Origin: Bacilli bacterium
GTDB lineage: Bacteria > Bacillota_I > Bacilli_A > RFN20 > UBA1709
NCBI GenBank assembly: GCA_034115825.1
Contig: JAXESU010000004.1
Coordinates: 205,237-269,236, forward strand
Direction of reading: 5' to 3'
DNA length: 64,000 nt
Under the pieces are notes generated by a model. It made no database searches and had not been told where the DNA came from. It worked only from the letters and a program-made list of their open reading frames with translations. Within the stretch, counting starts at the first letter, position 1, and the number at the start of each line of letters is the position of its first letter. A program made the position numbers and the translations under genes. This document shows, piece by piece, positions 51,625 to 60,603 of this stretch.

Positions 51625-52769
51625 AATTTAATACCTTTCAAACGATAATGACTAAAATCAATATTATAATCAAGTCTTGTTAAACCATTAGTAATTGATG
51701 ATAAATCATATTCTTTGTCACTAGCATAAATGTAATTAGTAATTTTACGTTTTTCTAATTCAAATTCATGCTTAGCAATAATTGATAAATATTGACTAAT
51801 GATATCAGTTTCATCATTACATTCAAAACTATAGAAAGTTACTAATTTACCATTAAATGAATTCATTAATGTACATAGATTGTTTTGTACATAAATTAAT
51901 GCAAAATCTTCTTTAATATCATTTTTAATGTTATCAAATAAATAATTGCCCCATAAATTATAACTATTAATACTAACACCTAAAATTTTAGCAACTTTTT
52001 TAAAATAATTAATAATTGCTAAAGGAACAAAGTAAGTATAATAAACACTACCTAATTTATGTTCATACAAATGTTCAAAAGTTACATATTTGTCTTTAAA
52101 ATCAGGGAAATCATTTTTAATTTCTTTTTGATAAAGTTTAATTGCTTTACTTTTACTCATCTTTGGTAATGAAATAACACTTCTAAAACATTCATCAACA
52201 CTTAATAAGATATCAAGAGTTCCTAATTTAGAAACGTTCGCTTTAATTAAATCAGTAACAGCATCAATATTAGCAAAAACACCATTAACAATTGAAAAAG
52301 TTGAAACATTTAAATTAACTTCTTCTTTTAATAATCCTTTTTCATAACGAGATAACTTTAAACTAGGTGTTCCAATGTTATTGAAAAATAAGACTAAACG
52401 ATCTTTTTTATCATAAACAACTTTTTTATTAGGTTTGATTTCTTTAACATCGTTTTTTACTTCTTCTTTAATTTCTTTTGTTTCTTCTTTGACTTCAGTA
52501 ACTTCTTCTTTACTTTCTTCTTTTATCTCTTCACTACTTGCAACTTCAACAGCTTGCTTAACAACTTCTTCTTGATGCTCTTCAATTATTTCTTCTTTTT
52601 TACTCTCTTGATGAGCATCAATTTCTCTTTGTAATTCTTTATTGATTTTTATTTCTTTTTGCTTATCCTTTTTCCTAAAGTAGTTAATTGTCGCAACATA
52701 ACTAACTGGAATAAAAACTAATAAAATAACCGCAACAATAAAAATAATTAAATACAAATCTTTATTCAT
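51621..52769 (-). CDS. Putative pilus assembly protein (PilM-like actin-fold region behind an N-terminal TM helix and a Glu/Lys-rich coiled coil)
   Basis: 382 aa. N-terminal hydrophobic helix, then a KEE-repeat region, then a roughly 250-aa domain in the position a PilM/N/O component would occupy. Assignment by context and weak similarity only. Confidence 0.35.
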   Translation of the reverse strand: MNKDLYLIIFIVAVILLVFIPVSYVATINYFRKKDKQKEIKINKELQREIDAHQESKKEEIIEEHQEEVVKQAVEVASSEEIKEESKEEVTEVKEETKEIKEEVKNDVKEIKPNKKVVYDKKDRLVLFFNNIGTPSLKLSRYEKGLLKEEVNLNVSTFSIVNGVFANIDAVTDLIKANVSKLGTLDILLSVDECFRSVISLPKMSKSKAIKLYQKEIKNDFPDFKDKYVTFEHLYEHKLGSVYYTYFVPLAIINYFKKVAKILGVSINSYNLWGNYLFDNIKNDIKEDFALIYVQNNLCTLMNSFNGKLVTFYSFECNDETDIISQYLSIIAKHEFELEKRKITNYIYASDKEYDLSSITNGLTRLDYNIDFSHYRLKGIKL

Positions 52770-52909
52770 AATTTACATTCTCCTATTTCTTATTTATACT
52801 TTTTCTAACTAGTCTATTGACAATTAAATAACTAATTGGTAACAAAATAATCAACGTAACACAAAAAACAAATATGAATAAATAAAAATCTTTTAGCATA
52901 AAAGTCCCC

Positions 52910-53353
52910 CTATTCACAACAAGTAAAAACTAAACTATCTTCACCATATGAACCATTAAATTTAATTGTATATGTAAATTCATGAACAATACTTCCATTA
53001 TTGTCTACATTACGACAAATGATTTCGATAACTGTAATTCGATCACACTTAATCAAATTTTCTCCATTGTACATAACTGAATCATCATTAATTTTATAAC
53101 TATACAATTGAAGTTCATCAATAACATCAATAATATCTTTATTCTCTTCGTATATTTCATGTGTGTGATTAATCATATGATCTTTAATAGCCAAAATTTT
53201 TAAATTAGTACTAGCATCAGTAGTTACCTCATTAGAAACTTTTGATATAAAAAAAACCGAGGATACAAGTGTTAAAATCATAATAGACGCACTAGATATT
53301 GTTACAATTAATTCTATTAACGTCATACCTTTTTTCTTTTTCACTCTTATCAC
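52910..53353 (-). CDS. Minor (pseudo)pilin
   Basis: 147 aa. KKKG|MTLIELIVTI class III signal with Glu5. Confidence 0.55.
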   Translation of the reverse strand: MIRVKKKKGMTLIELIVTISSASIMILTLVSSVFFISKVSNEVTTDASTNLKILAIKDHMINHTHEIYEENKDIIDVIDELQLYSYKINDDSVMYNGENLIKCDRITVIEIICRNVDNNGSIVHEFTYTIKFNGSYGEDSLVFTCCE

Positions 53354-53434
53354 CTCGCTATTATCTATTATAATGTTACCCCTTATTAACCCTATATGTC
53401 AACAAATATATTTTTATATAAAAATATAAATAAA

Positions 53435-53465
53435 AAAATCACCCTCATAAAGAGAGTGATTTGAG
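53435..53465 (-). terminator. Intrinsic terminator immediately after the 149-aa pilin gene
   Basis: Minus-strand ATCACTCTCTTT-ATGAGGGTGAT hairpin followed by UUUUUUU. Confidence 0.4.
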
Positions 53466-53478
53466 ATAATAAAACTAA

Positions 53479-53928
53479 TTATTTTGAGCCAACGATTTCG
53501 TCAGTAGCTAAAGTCCAAGTTGCTTTTGCTGATTCAATTTTATAGACAATTGAAGTTAAAGTACCATCTGAAGCAATCTCAGCATCAATAACAGAACCAT
53601 CTTGTTTTGATAATTCAAAATATTTTTCAAGTGCTTTATCTAGTTCTTCAGAAGTAGTAGCATTTTCAGCACCTTTTTTTACAACAACTTTATTTGGTTC
53701 AGTCATTGTGAATGTATAACCTTCAATAACTTCTTCACCATCTGCTAAACCTGCAACTAACATCGTTTTGTATTGAGTTAATTCCGTAACTGCCTTAGAT
53801 TCTCTAGCATTTTGAGTAAAACCTAAATAACCAACAACTGAAACTGATGCTAAAATAGCTAAAATAGCAATAACAACTAATAATTCAACTAATGTAAAAC
53901 CTTTTTTCTTATTTTTTCTGTTAATCAT
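53479..53928 (-). CDS. pilA: Type IV pilin (candidate major pilin, 149 aa)
   Basis: KKKG|FTLVELLVVIAILAILASVSVVGYLGFTQNARESKAVTELTQYKT. Small size and its own terminator suggest the major subunit. Confidence 0.65.
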   Translation of the reverse strand: MINRKNKKKGFTLVELLVVIAILAILASVSVVGYLGFTQNARESKAVTELTQYKTMLVAGLADGEEVIEGYTFTMTEPNKVVVKKGAENATTSEELDKALEKYFELSKQDGSVIDAEIASDGTLTSIVYKIESAKATWTLATDEIVGSK

Positions 53929-54062
53929 TTTAATTTTCTCCTCCTGTTAACATAAAAAACGTAGACTATTCATATTTGTCGCATTATTTATAAAAGTCCG
54001 CTTTTTTATTATAGTAATTTTTTATAAATATGTCAAATATGTTTTTTCTTATTAGGATTACA

Positions 54063-54527
54063 CTATTTTTCAACAGCAGTTATTTCATCATTGATTATAT
54101 CCCATGTTGCAATAGCTTTGTCAGTAATATACTTCAATTCAACAAGTCTACCATTTACCTCAGAGTTATCAATTTTAGTATTTAAAACATGAGCATTTTT
54201 ATTAGAAATATCTATATCAAAATAATCTACTAATGCCAAATATAAATCGTCTATTGGTTCCCCTAGTGTTGATATCTTTTTAGTTATAATAATTTTATTA
54301 GTTTCAGGCATTGTAAATGTAAATGAACCAATTTGTTCTTTTCCATCAGCCAAATCCGCTATCAATTTTGTCTTATATTGTGTAAGCTCGCTAATAGCTT
54401 TTGATTCATTTGCTTTTTTTGTAAAAGCTAAATAACCTAGAATAGATGCTGATGCTAATATAGTTAATATAACTATTACAACTAATAACTCAACTAATGT
54501 AAATCCTTTGTTTCTTTTTTTACTCAT
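54063..54527 (-). CDS. Type IV pilin paralog (154 aa)
   Basis: NKG|FTLVELLVVIVILTILASASILGYLAFTKKANESKAISELTQYKT. The C-terminal ATWDIINDEITAVEK parallels ATWTLATDEIVGSK of the 149-aa pilin. Confidence 0.65.
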   Translation of the reverse strand: MSKKRNKGFTLVELLVVIVILTILASASILGYLAFTKKANESKAISELTQYKTKLIADLADGKEQIGSFTFTMPETNKIIITKKISTLGEPIDDLYLALVDYFDIDISNKNAHVLNTKIDNSEVNGRLVELKYITDKAIATWDIINDEITAVEK

Positions 54528-54676
54528 CTTCTATTGCCTCCAATCAAAAAATATGTTTGTTTTTTCAATACTTTTTCGATTTTTTATTCTATATGAATTA
54601 AATAGTAAAGTCAAGCAATGTGATAATAATTAATCAAATAAAAAATAGAGGTTAGTTACCTCTATTCTTTATAAAA

Positions 54677-55639
54677 TTATTTTTCATCATTGTAATTAAC
54701 GTTGATTACACCAGTTAATTTATAGTAGGCTGTTTCAATTTGTTTTTTAACGTTTTCTAAATCCTCGTCATTTCTAACAGTAATCTTAATTGGTTTCAAT
54801 TTTAATGGTTCTAAACCATTACCAACTTTCAATTTACCCATTTTAAATTTAACGACTAATGTATTTTGTTTAATGCTAATTAAAGCCAAAGTTTTTCTTT
54901 GACCAACTCTAATTCTTTGATCATAATCATAATTATTAATATTAGTATTTTCAAAATCTAAAGCATAATTTACGATCTCATCATAATATTTTCTTTGAGC
55001 AACATTTAATCTTTCAAAAGAAACAGCAAATTTTTCTTTTTCGGCTACACCAATCTTTTTAACATTACCTTCTTCTTCTAATTCTTCATCATCGAATTCA
55101 TTCTTTACGACAACCTTTTCAACTGTTTGAACAGTTGTAGGTGTTGGCTCTTTAACTGCATATATTGCAGAATAGAATAGTGCTACTAACATATAAATAG
55201 CTACACCTACTATCATTGATACTAAAAACCATATTGATAAAGAAACAGCAAATACTTGACCAACATAAGTTAATGCTTTGGCAAAAGGAAGCTTACTAGC
55301 AAATGATCCAGTTCCAACTAAACCAATAACAAGACCAACAATAATTGCAGCAACTAATCTAGAAATCTTTAATCCTTGATTTTTAACATAACTAACTTCA
55401 ACCATAATAAATGCAACAATTAATCCTATACCAAAACTCATTACTGCTAAATAGTTAGCAACAGTTGGATGTAAAACAGGCATTCTTAAAATTGCACGTG
55501 AAATTGCTTGAAATACATTTGATTCACCTAATAAATGTAAATCATAATCTAATGCAAATGCAGTAAATGCAAATAAAAATGTGTAAAATAAACTAAGAGT
55601 AACGTATAAAATATTTCTTCTACATACTTTTTTATTCAT
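54677..55639 (-). CDS. Membrane protein of unknown function inside the pilus locus
   Basis: 320 aa. Five transmembrane segments, then an acidic linker and a soluble C-terminal domain of about 140 aa. Confidence 0.3.
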   Translation of the reverse strand: MNKKVCRRNILYVTLSLFYTFLFAFTAFALDYDLHLLGESNVFQAISRAILRMPVLHPTVANYLAVMSFGIGLIVAFIMVEVSYVKNQGLKISRLVAAIIVGLVIGLVGTGSFASKLPFAKALTYVGQVFAVSLSIWFLVSMIVGVAIYMLVALFYSAIYAVKEPTPTTVQTVEKVVVKNEFDDEELEEEGNVKKIGVAEKEKFAVSFERLNVAQRKYYDEIVNYALDFENTNINNYDYDQRIRVGQRKTLALISIKQNTLVVKFKMGKLKVGNGLEPLKLKPIKITVRNDEDLENVKKQIETAYYKLTGVINVNYNDEK

Positions 55640-55837
55640 ATATATTCCCCTTTCATTAGTAAGTAAAAAAATTATTAAGTAACGTATTTAAATAAAATTA
55701 TTTTTGTCGATATATAATTATTAAAAATACATTAACTATCTAGGTATATATTAAAGTATAATCAAAATAGTGTCAATAAATTATAATAAAAAGCACGAGA
55801 AATCAGATTAAAAAATCTTTTTTTCTCGTGCATAATA

Positions 55838-57004
55838 TTACTTAATATTTAAATTAGAAAAAACAATACCTCTATTAACATCTTCAATTGAGTTATATGT
55901 GTTCCATAAGTATCTGAATCCACCAATATTAGCGATTTTATTAACATGATCTCCAGATTTTTCGTAATTTGCTACCTTAATATCATAATGTATTGTATCG
56001 CCAATAACTTCCAATTTCATAGATACAGTAACTTTTGAATTATTTATTTCTTCACCATCACGCAAAATAACAGCTAAATTTCCTTTTCCCCAATTTCCAG
56101 CATCATCAGAAAAACAGTTTGTCATAGGAGCTAAAGCATAATATTTATCATTACTTTTTGCTAATCCAACCATTATTTCTGTATTTTGTGATCCATTAGT
56201 GCCATTAAAACCTAATGAAAATTGTACATTATCATTATTCTCCATACTTGATAAATCTAAATCAAATGAAACAGTTGTAGCACTGCCATCCCAATCTAAA
56301 TTTTTATCAGTTTCGGTAAAATAAGTGGTTGGACCTGAACCATCATTATCTTTTGCAATTTTAATGCCATTATCAACAGCTAATACTTTTCCGTATTCTA
56401 AAGGAGTTTTAAAAACATCTTCTAGAGTATCGTTATTAATTTTCTTAGCTTCAATTTCATGATAAGAATTGCCACATGCATCACATTTATATTCAACATC
56501 GCCATTTACAAATGGTTGAACTGAAACATTTTTTACTTCTTTTAATTTGTGTTGATGTTCTGAAGATACTTCATCGCTAATAACATTCCATGTTGCATAT
56601 ACATTATCATCAATGCTATAAACTATTTCATCAATAATAAATTTTTCATCTTCGTTTGTAACCTTGAAGAAGAAATCAGCATCATCATCAGCTTCAACAA
56701 AAGAAATAAATGCATCTTCTAAACTACCTTTATATAGCATCATTTCAATTCCTTTATCACTTTTAGAAACTAATGCTACTTTTCCTTCTTCATTTGAAAT
56801 TACCTTATTTCCAGTAACTAAATTTGCTGTAGCTACTGTTTTATATTGTGTAAGTTCAGTTAATGCTTTAGATTCTTTCGCACGACTAGTAAAACCTAAA
56901 TATCCAACTACTGAAACACTTGCTAATACCGCTAATATTGCGATAACTACTAATAATTCAACTAATGTAAAAGCTTTACGTTTAATTTTTTTCATTTTTT
57001 TCAC
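55838..57004 (-). CDS. Type IV prepilin with an extra C-terminal domain of about 240 aa (388 aa, Ala at -1)
   Basis: RKA|FTLVELLVVIAILAVLASVSVVGYLGFTSRAKESKALTELTQYKT. The pilin core ends near ...YATWNVISDEVSSEH. An additional Cys-containing domain follows. Confidence 0.6.
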   Translation of the reverse strand: MKKMKKIKRKAFTLVELLVVIAILAVLASVSVVGYLGFTSRAKESKALTELTQYKTVATANLVTGNKVISNEEGKVALVSKSDKGIEMMLYKGSLEDAFISFVEADDDADFFFKVTNEDEKFIIDEIVYSIDDNVYATWNVISDEVSSEHQHKLKEVKNVSVQPFVNGDVEYKCDACGNSYHEIEAKKINNDTLEDVFKTPLEYGKVLAVDNGIKIAKDNDGSGPTTYFTETDKNLDWDGSATTVSFDLDLSSMENNDNVQFSLGFNGTNGSQNTEIMVGLAKSNDKYYALAPMTNCFSDDAGNWGKGNLAVILRDGEEINNSKVTVSMKLEVIGDTIHYDIKVANYEKSGDHVNKIANIGGFRYLWNTYNSIEDVNRGIVFSNLNIK

Positions 57005-57067
57005 CTCTAAAATAATTGTATAACTCTTATGTCAACAATGTCAACCTTAAAAAGTTATATAGTATAT

Positions 57068-57100
57068 AAAAATGGACTAAATCAATTAGTCCATTTTTAA
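57068..57100 (-). terminator. Hairpin TGGACTAA-ATCAA-TTAGTCCA with flanking T-runs on both strands, overlapping the stop of the Lgt-like gene
   Basis: Perfect 8-bp stem read from the sequence. It separates the giant-pilin/Lgt-like pair from the 388-aa pilin gene. Confidence 0.4.
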
Positions 57101-57748
57101 TCTTTTTTCGCGAACTTTTTTCACAATAATAATTATAATTCCTAATATAATAGAAACTATAGACCAAAGTTGGCCTATGCTAATTAAATCAAATAGCAAG
57201 TTCCAGTGGAATCTAAAAAATTCAATTACAAATCTACAAGTCCCATAAACTATCAATAAATATGGGTAAGAATATCCATTAATAAATCTATTAAAGACGA
57301 GAATAGTGACAAAAATTATCAATGCTATTCCAGCTTCAATTAATTGTATAGGTACTTGATATCCATTAATTTCAATACCATAACAACATCCTTCGATATA
57401 ACAACCTATTTTCATAAAAACTAGCATTAGCATATGCAAAGGAGTTATCAAATCCAATGTTTCTATAAAGTCTAGTCTTCTAATCTTTGAATAAATAAAT
57501 GGGATTAAAGATAATGAAAATATTGTACCGTAGAATGAAACACCAGTATACGCGAATGATAAAGCTTCAATAGAAGCAAATATCGCTGCAAATATATAAG
57601 CAAAAATAATTTGCAAAATTGTAAGAATCAAACCATCAATAATGGAATATCCATTTTTTTTAAATATTATTGTGAATGTTATTATGGATATTACTGCTCC
57701 TATAAAATACATTCCTAGTGAGGAAATAAAATTAAACATTAAAAACAT
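57086..57748 (-). CDS. Divergent prolipoprotein diacylglyceryl transferase (Lgt)-family membrane protein
   Basis: 220 aa, about seven transmembrane segments. YGTCRFVIEFFRFHWN matches the Lgt block GYGAFRIIVEFFRQPD. ISIGQLWSIVSI matches ISMGQILSIPMI. The canonical Lgt signature GRxGNFxNGE is replaced by GCYIEGCCYGIE, and the His of GMSFHGG appears as Tyr (TGVSFYGT). Comparison was made against the E. coli Lgt sequence recalled from memory. Confidence 0.5.
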   Translation of the reverse strand: MFLMFNFISSLGMYFIGAVISIITFTIIFKKNGYSIIDGLILTILQIIFAYIFAAIFASIEALSFAYTGVSFYGTIFSLSLIPFIYSKIRRLDFIETLDLITPLHMLMLVFMKIGCYIEGCCYGIEINGYQVPIQLIEAGIALIIFVTILVFNRFINGYSYPYLLIVYGTCRFVIEFFRFHWNLLFDLISIGQLWSIVSIILGIIIIIVKKVREKRLKMD

Positions 57749-57759
57749 AAACTATTCCT

Positions 57760-60405
57760 TTAATTTAAGATAGTTTCATTAAAATATGAATTACCATCTC
57801 TTGTAGCATATACCTCAAAGTATCCTACATTATAAACAGATTCTTTTGTTGTCTTCTTCCAATTAACTTCACCATCAACAAAGATTACTTCGCTCATTTG
57901 CTTTGAACTTAATATCTTACCATTAAAACCACACTTACCAGATATAACTAACTTACCATCAATTTTAATTAGTGCATCTTGTTGATATTTATTAAATGTT
58001 AATGAGTTTCCTTGACTATCAAAATATTGATTATATCCATAAATTGTATCATTTTTAGATGGCTTTTGTGTATTATTCTCAGCCCATTGATAAGCAACAA
58101 GTCCAGAATTATCCAATTTTAATATACCACCATCTTCGACAGTTAAAGATGATCCAGGCATCATCTTTACACCTGTAGGATCGCCTTCATCATTAGTGGT
58201 TATATCTAATTGAGCTCCATTTTTAACAACAACATCATATAGTCCACTTATTGGCATTTCAACCTTACTTGTATTAGCCGCAATTTCTGTAGGAGGACAA
58301 CTAATATTAATACCCATATATAATTTATCTACTATAGAAGTTCCTTTTGTAATTTCTAACAATGTTCTATTAGTTGACTTATTATGATAATAAGTTATTT
58401 CATTTCCAGAATTCATTTTGAATATTGCTTCATATTGATTTGAATCATTATTTGGAGCAATAACATTTGCAATCATTGCTGCTTTAATCTTAGCACTATT
58501 AACGTGAATTAATAATTGTGCTTTAAATATAGAATTATATTTAAATAAAGTTTTAACAAAAAGACCATCCATGTAATAAGTTCCAAATTGAAATACGTTA
58601 TTAGTCAATTCCTTTGAATAAGTTCCTCCATTAAAGGAATCTGTAACCATCATGCCATACAAAGTGGCACCAGAACCAATAATTAATCTTTGAACATCAT
58701 CATTGCTAGAAATAACGCCATAATTCACAAGTTTACTACCACTTCTAATAGTTAATAATCCTTTTGAATTTAATGTTAGTTGGCCATAATTTCCAACCAA
58801 TTGAGACGACTTTTCTGTTGAGTTACCTGCATAGTGATATCCACCAACAAACACATTACCATCAACATATAATTTTGCATCAATATTTAAATTTGAATAC
58901 ATATTTAAAGGATTGTTGTCACGTGTATACCATGCTGCATCTTGAGTAAATGGCTCTTTGACATTATCATACTTGATTGTGTCATTATCAATCATAGGTA
59001 CTCTTAAAATATCTTTACTTTCTAAAACAACATCTCTATTTATTACTCCATCTTTACCCAAGACATATAATTCTTCTTCAATGCCATTATTTGCATATTC
59101 AATGGCATCATTAATATCAAAATACTTGTCACCGATTTTTACATTTGGTGTTACATTTTCAAACATTACATAAATTTTTAATCTACCATTTTCGTCAGTT
59201 AAAAATTCATCACCAGCATCTATTGTGTGATAATAAATACTTGTTGGTAGCCCATCAAGAGTTACCTTCTTCTCAATAGAAATATAGTCATCTGATGGAT
59301 TATATTTCCAACCAACAAATTTGTTTGCAATCTTTGTATCACTGCTAGGGACAAACATATCATATGCTGAAATTTCAACACTTTCTTTTGTATATTCAAC
59401 GACAGTTGTTTTTGCTTCACTTCCGTTAACATATGACACAAATACTACTTCTTTTACAGCATTTTTTCTATCTGTATTAACAACAATATTAGATGAAATT
59501 TCTTTCCAACCTTTTGCATTTAGCATATCAATAAATTCTTGTGAAGAAATTACTGTTGAATTATCAACTAATTTTTTCAAAGAATCATATGCATTATCAT
59601 CAATTGTTTTAACATTTGATGGAATATCAACAATTCTAATTTTACGACTAGAAATTTTATCAACAGTTGTTTTATTTAAATTAACTACATTTTGACTAAA
59701 AATAGCGTATCTTTTAGGTTGAGTGTTTTCATCAATAAATTCACTATTACCTTCATTATTAGCACCAACAAACGAAGCATTGTTAACAAGTGTGCTTAAT
59801 GTACTATATACGCTAACACCTGTATCATTCATATCGTTAGCTTTACTAAAACCATTAATTGTTTCTAATGCTTTTGTAATATCACTGTAAGACTTTGGAT
59901 TTCTAATTGTATTTATTGCATCAGCAAATCCATCTCTAGATGATTTACCTATTAATAAATAACCATCAATAAAACTTTCAGGTGCATAGATTAAATCATC
60001 AATTGTTCCAAAAGTTTCTACTCCATATGTACTTGATTTAGAATCATCTTCAGGATAAACCTTTTTATAACCATTTTTATCAAAATCACCTAATTCTACT
60101 CTATTTGTGTTTGTGTTATAGAATAAATAGGCATTTTTTGATTCTGTTTTAAGTTCAAATCCTTTTTCTTCTAAATTTTCAACTATTTCAACTGCTGCAA
60201 CAGGACTATCTGTATAAGCTTGTTCTGCTGCAAGAACATGGTTAATGTTACTAACTAATTGAATATCTTTTGATCTTCTTGCATTTTCAATAAAGCCAAG
60301 ATAACCAACAGTAGAAACAGTTGCAAGAATAGCTAAAATAGCAATTACAACTAATAATTCAACAAGAGTAAATGCTTTTTTGCCATTTTTCTTCTTATTA
60401 AACAT
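57760..60405 (-). CDS. Giant type IV prepilin-like protein (881 aa, Ala at -1) with a large beta-rich C-terminal domain
   Basis: GKKA|FTLVELLVVIAILAILATVSTVGYLGF N-terminus. About 830 further residues with Gly/Asn/Thr/Ser-rich repeats suggestive of parallel beta-helix/adhesin folds. First gene of the locus. Confidence 0.6.
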   Translation of the reverse strand: MFNKKKNGKKAFTLVELLVVIAILAILATVSTVGYLGFIENARRSKDIQLVSNINHVLAAEQAYTDSPVAAVEIVENLEEKGFELKTESKNAYLFYNTNTNRVELGDFDKNGYKKVYPEDDSKSSTYGVETFGTIDDLIYAPESFIDGYLLIGKSSRDGFADAINTIRNPKSYSDITKALETINGFSKANDMNDTGVSVYSTLSTLVNNASFVGANNEGNSEFIDENTQPKRYAIFSQNVVNLNKTTVDKISSRKIRIVDIPSNVKTIDDNAYDSLKKLVDNSTVISSQEFIDMLNAKGWKEISSNIVVNTDRKNAVKEVVFVSYVNGSEAKTTVVEYTKESVEISAYDMFVPSSDTKIANKFVGWKYNPSDDYISIEKKVTLDGLPTSIYYHTIDAGDEFLTDENGRLKIYVMFENVTPNVKIGDKYFDINDAIEYANNGIEEELYVLGKDGVINRDVVLESKDILRVPMIDNDTIKYDNVKEPFTQDAAWYTRDNNPLNMYSNLNIDAKLYVDGNVFVGGYHYAGNSTEKSSQLVGNYGQLTLNSKGLLTIRSGSKLVNYGVISSNDDVQRLIIGSGATLYGMMVTDSFNGGTYSKELTNNVFQFGTYYMDGLFVKTLFKYNSIFKAQLLIHVNSAKIKAAMIANVIAPNNDSNQYEAIFKMNSGNEITYYHNKSTNRTLLEITKGTSIVDKLYMGINISCPPTEIAANTSKVEMPISGLYDVVVKNGAQLDITTNDEGDPTGVKMMPGSSLTVEDGGILKLDNSGLVAYQWAENNTQKPSKNDTIYGYNQYFDSQGNSLTFNKYQQDALIKIDGKLVISGKCGFNGKILSSKQMSEVIFVDGEVNWKKTTKESVYNVGYFEVYATRDGNSYFNETILN

Positions 60406-60603
60406 TTTATCTTTCTCCTCCTATAAAATATTATAAATAAGCTAATAGTATAATGTTGGCGTTTACAATGTATGCTATTAGTACGATAATTTTACTACAT
60501 TTATAGTGTGTAGTCAAATGGTTGAAAATGAAAAATCGTTTTTTCTTTACATAATATATTATTCTTTATATAATTATCAATTATATAGGAGTGTGATTAT
60601 TTC

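Noticed and set aside
60420-60603. Looked for a guanine/purine riboswitch upstream of xpt
   Set aside because: No UAUA...GAUAUGG...GUUUCUACC...CCGUAAAU core could be found in the 180-nt leader. Only AT-rich promoter-like sequence is present, shared divergently with the pilus operon.
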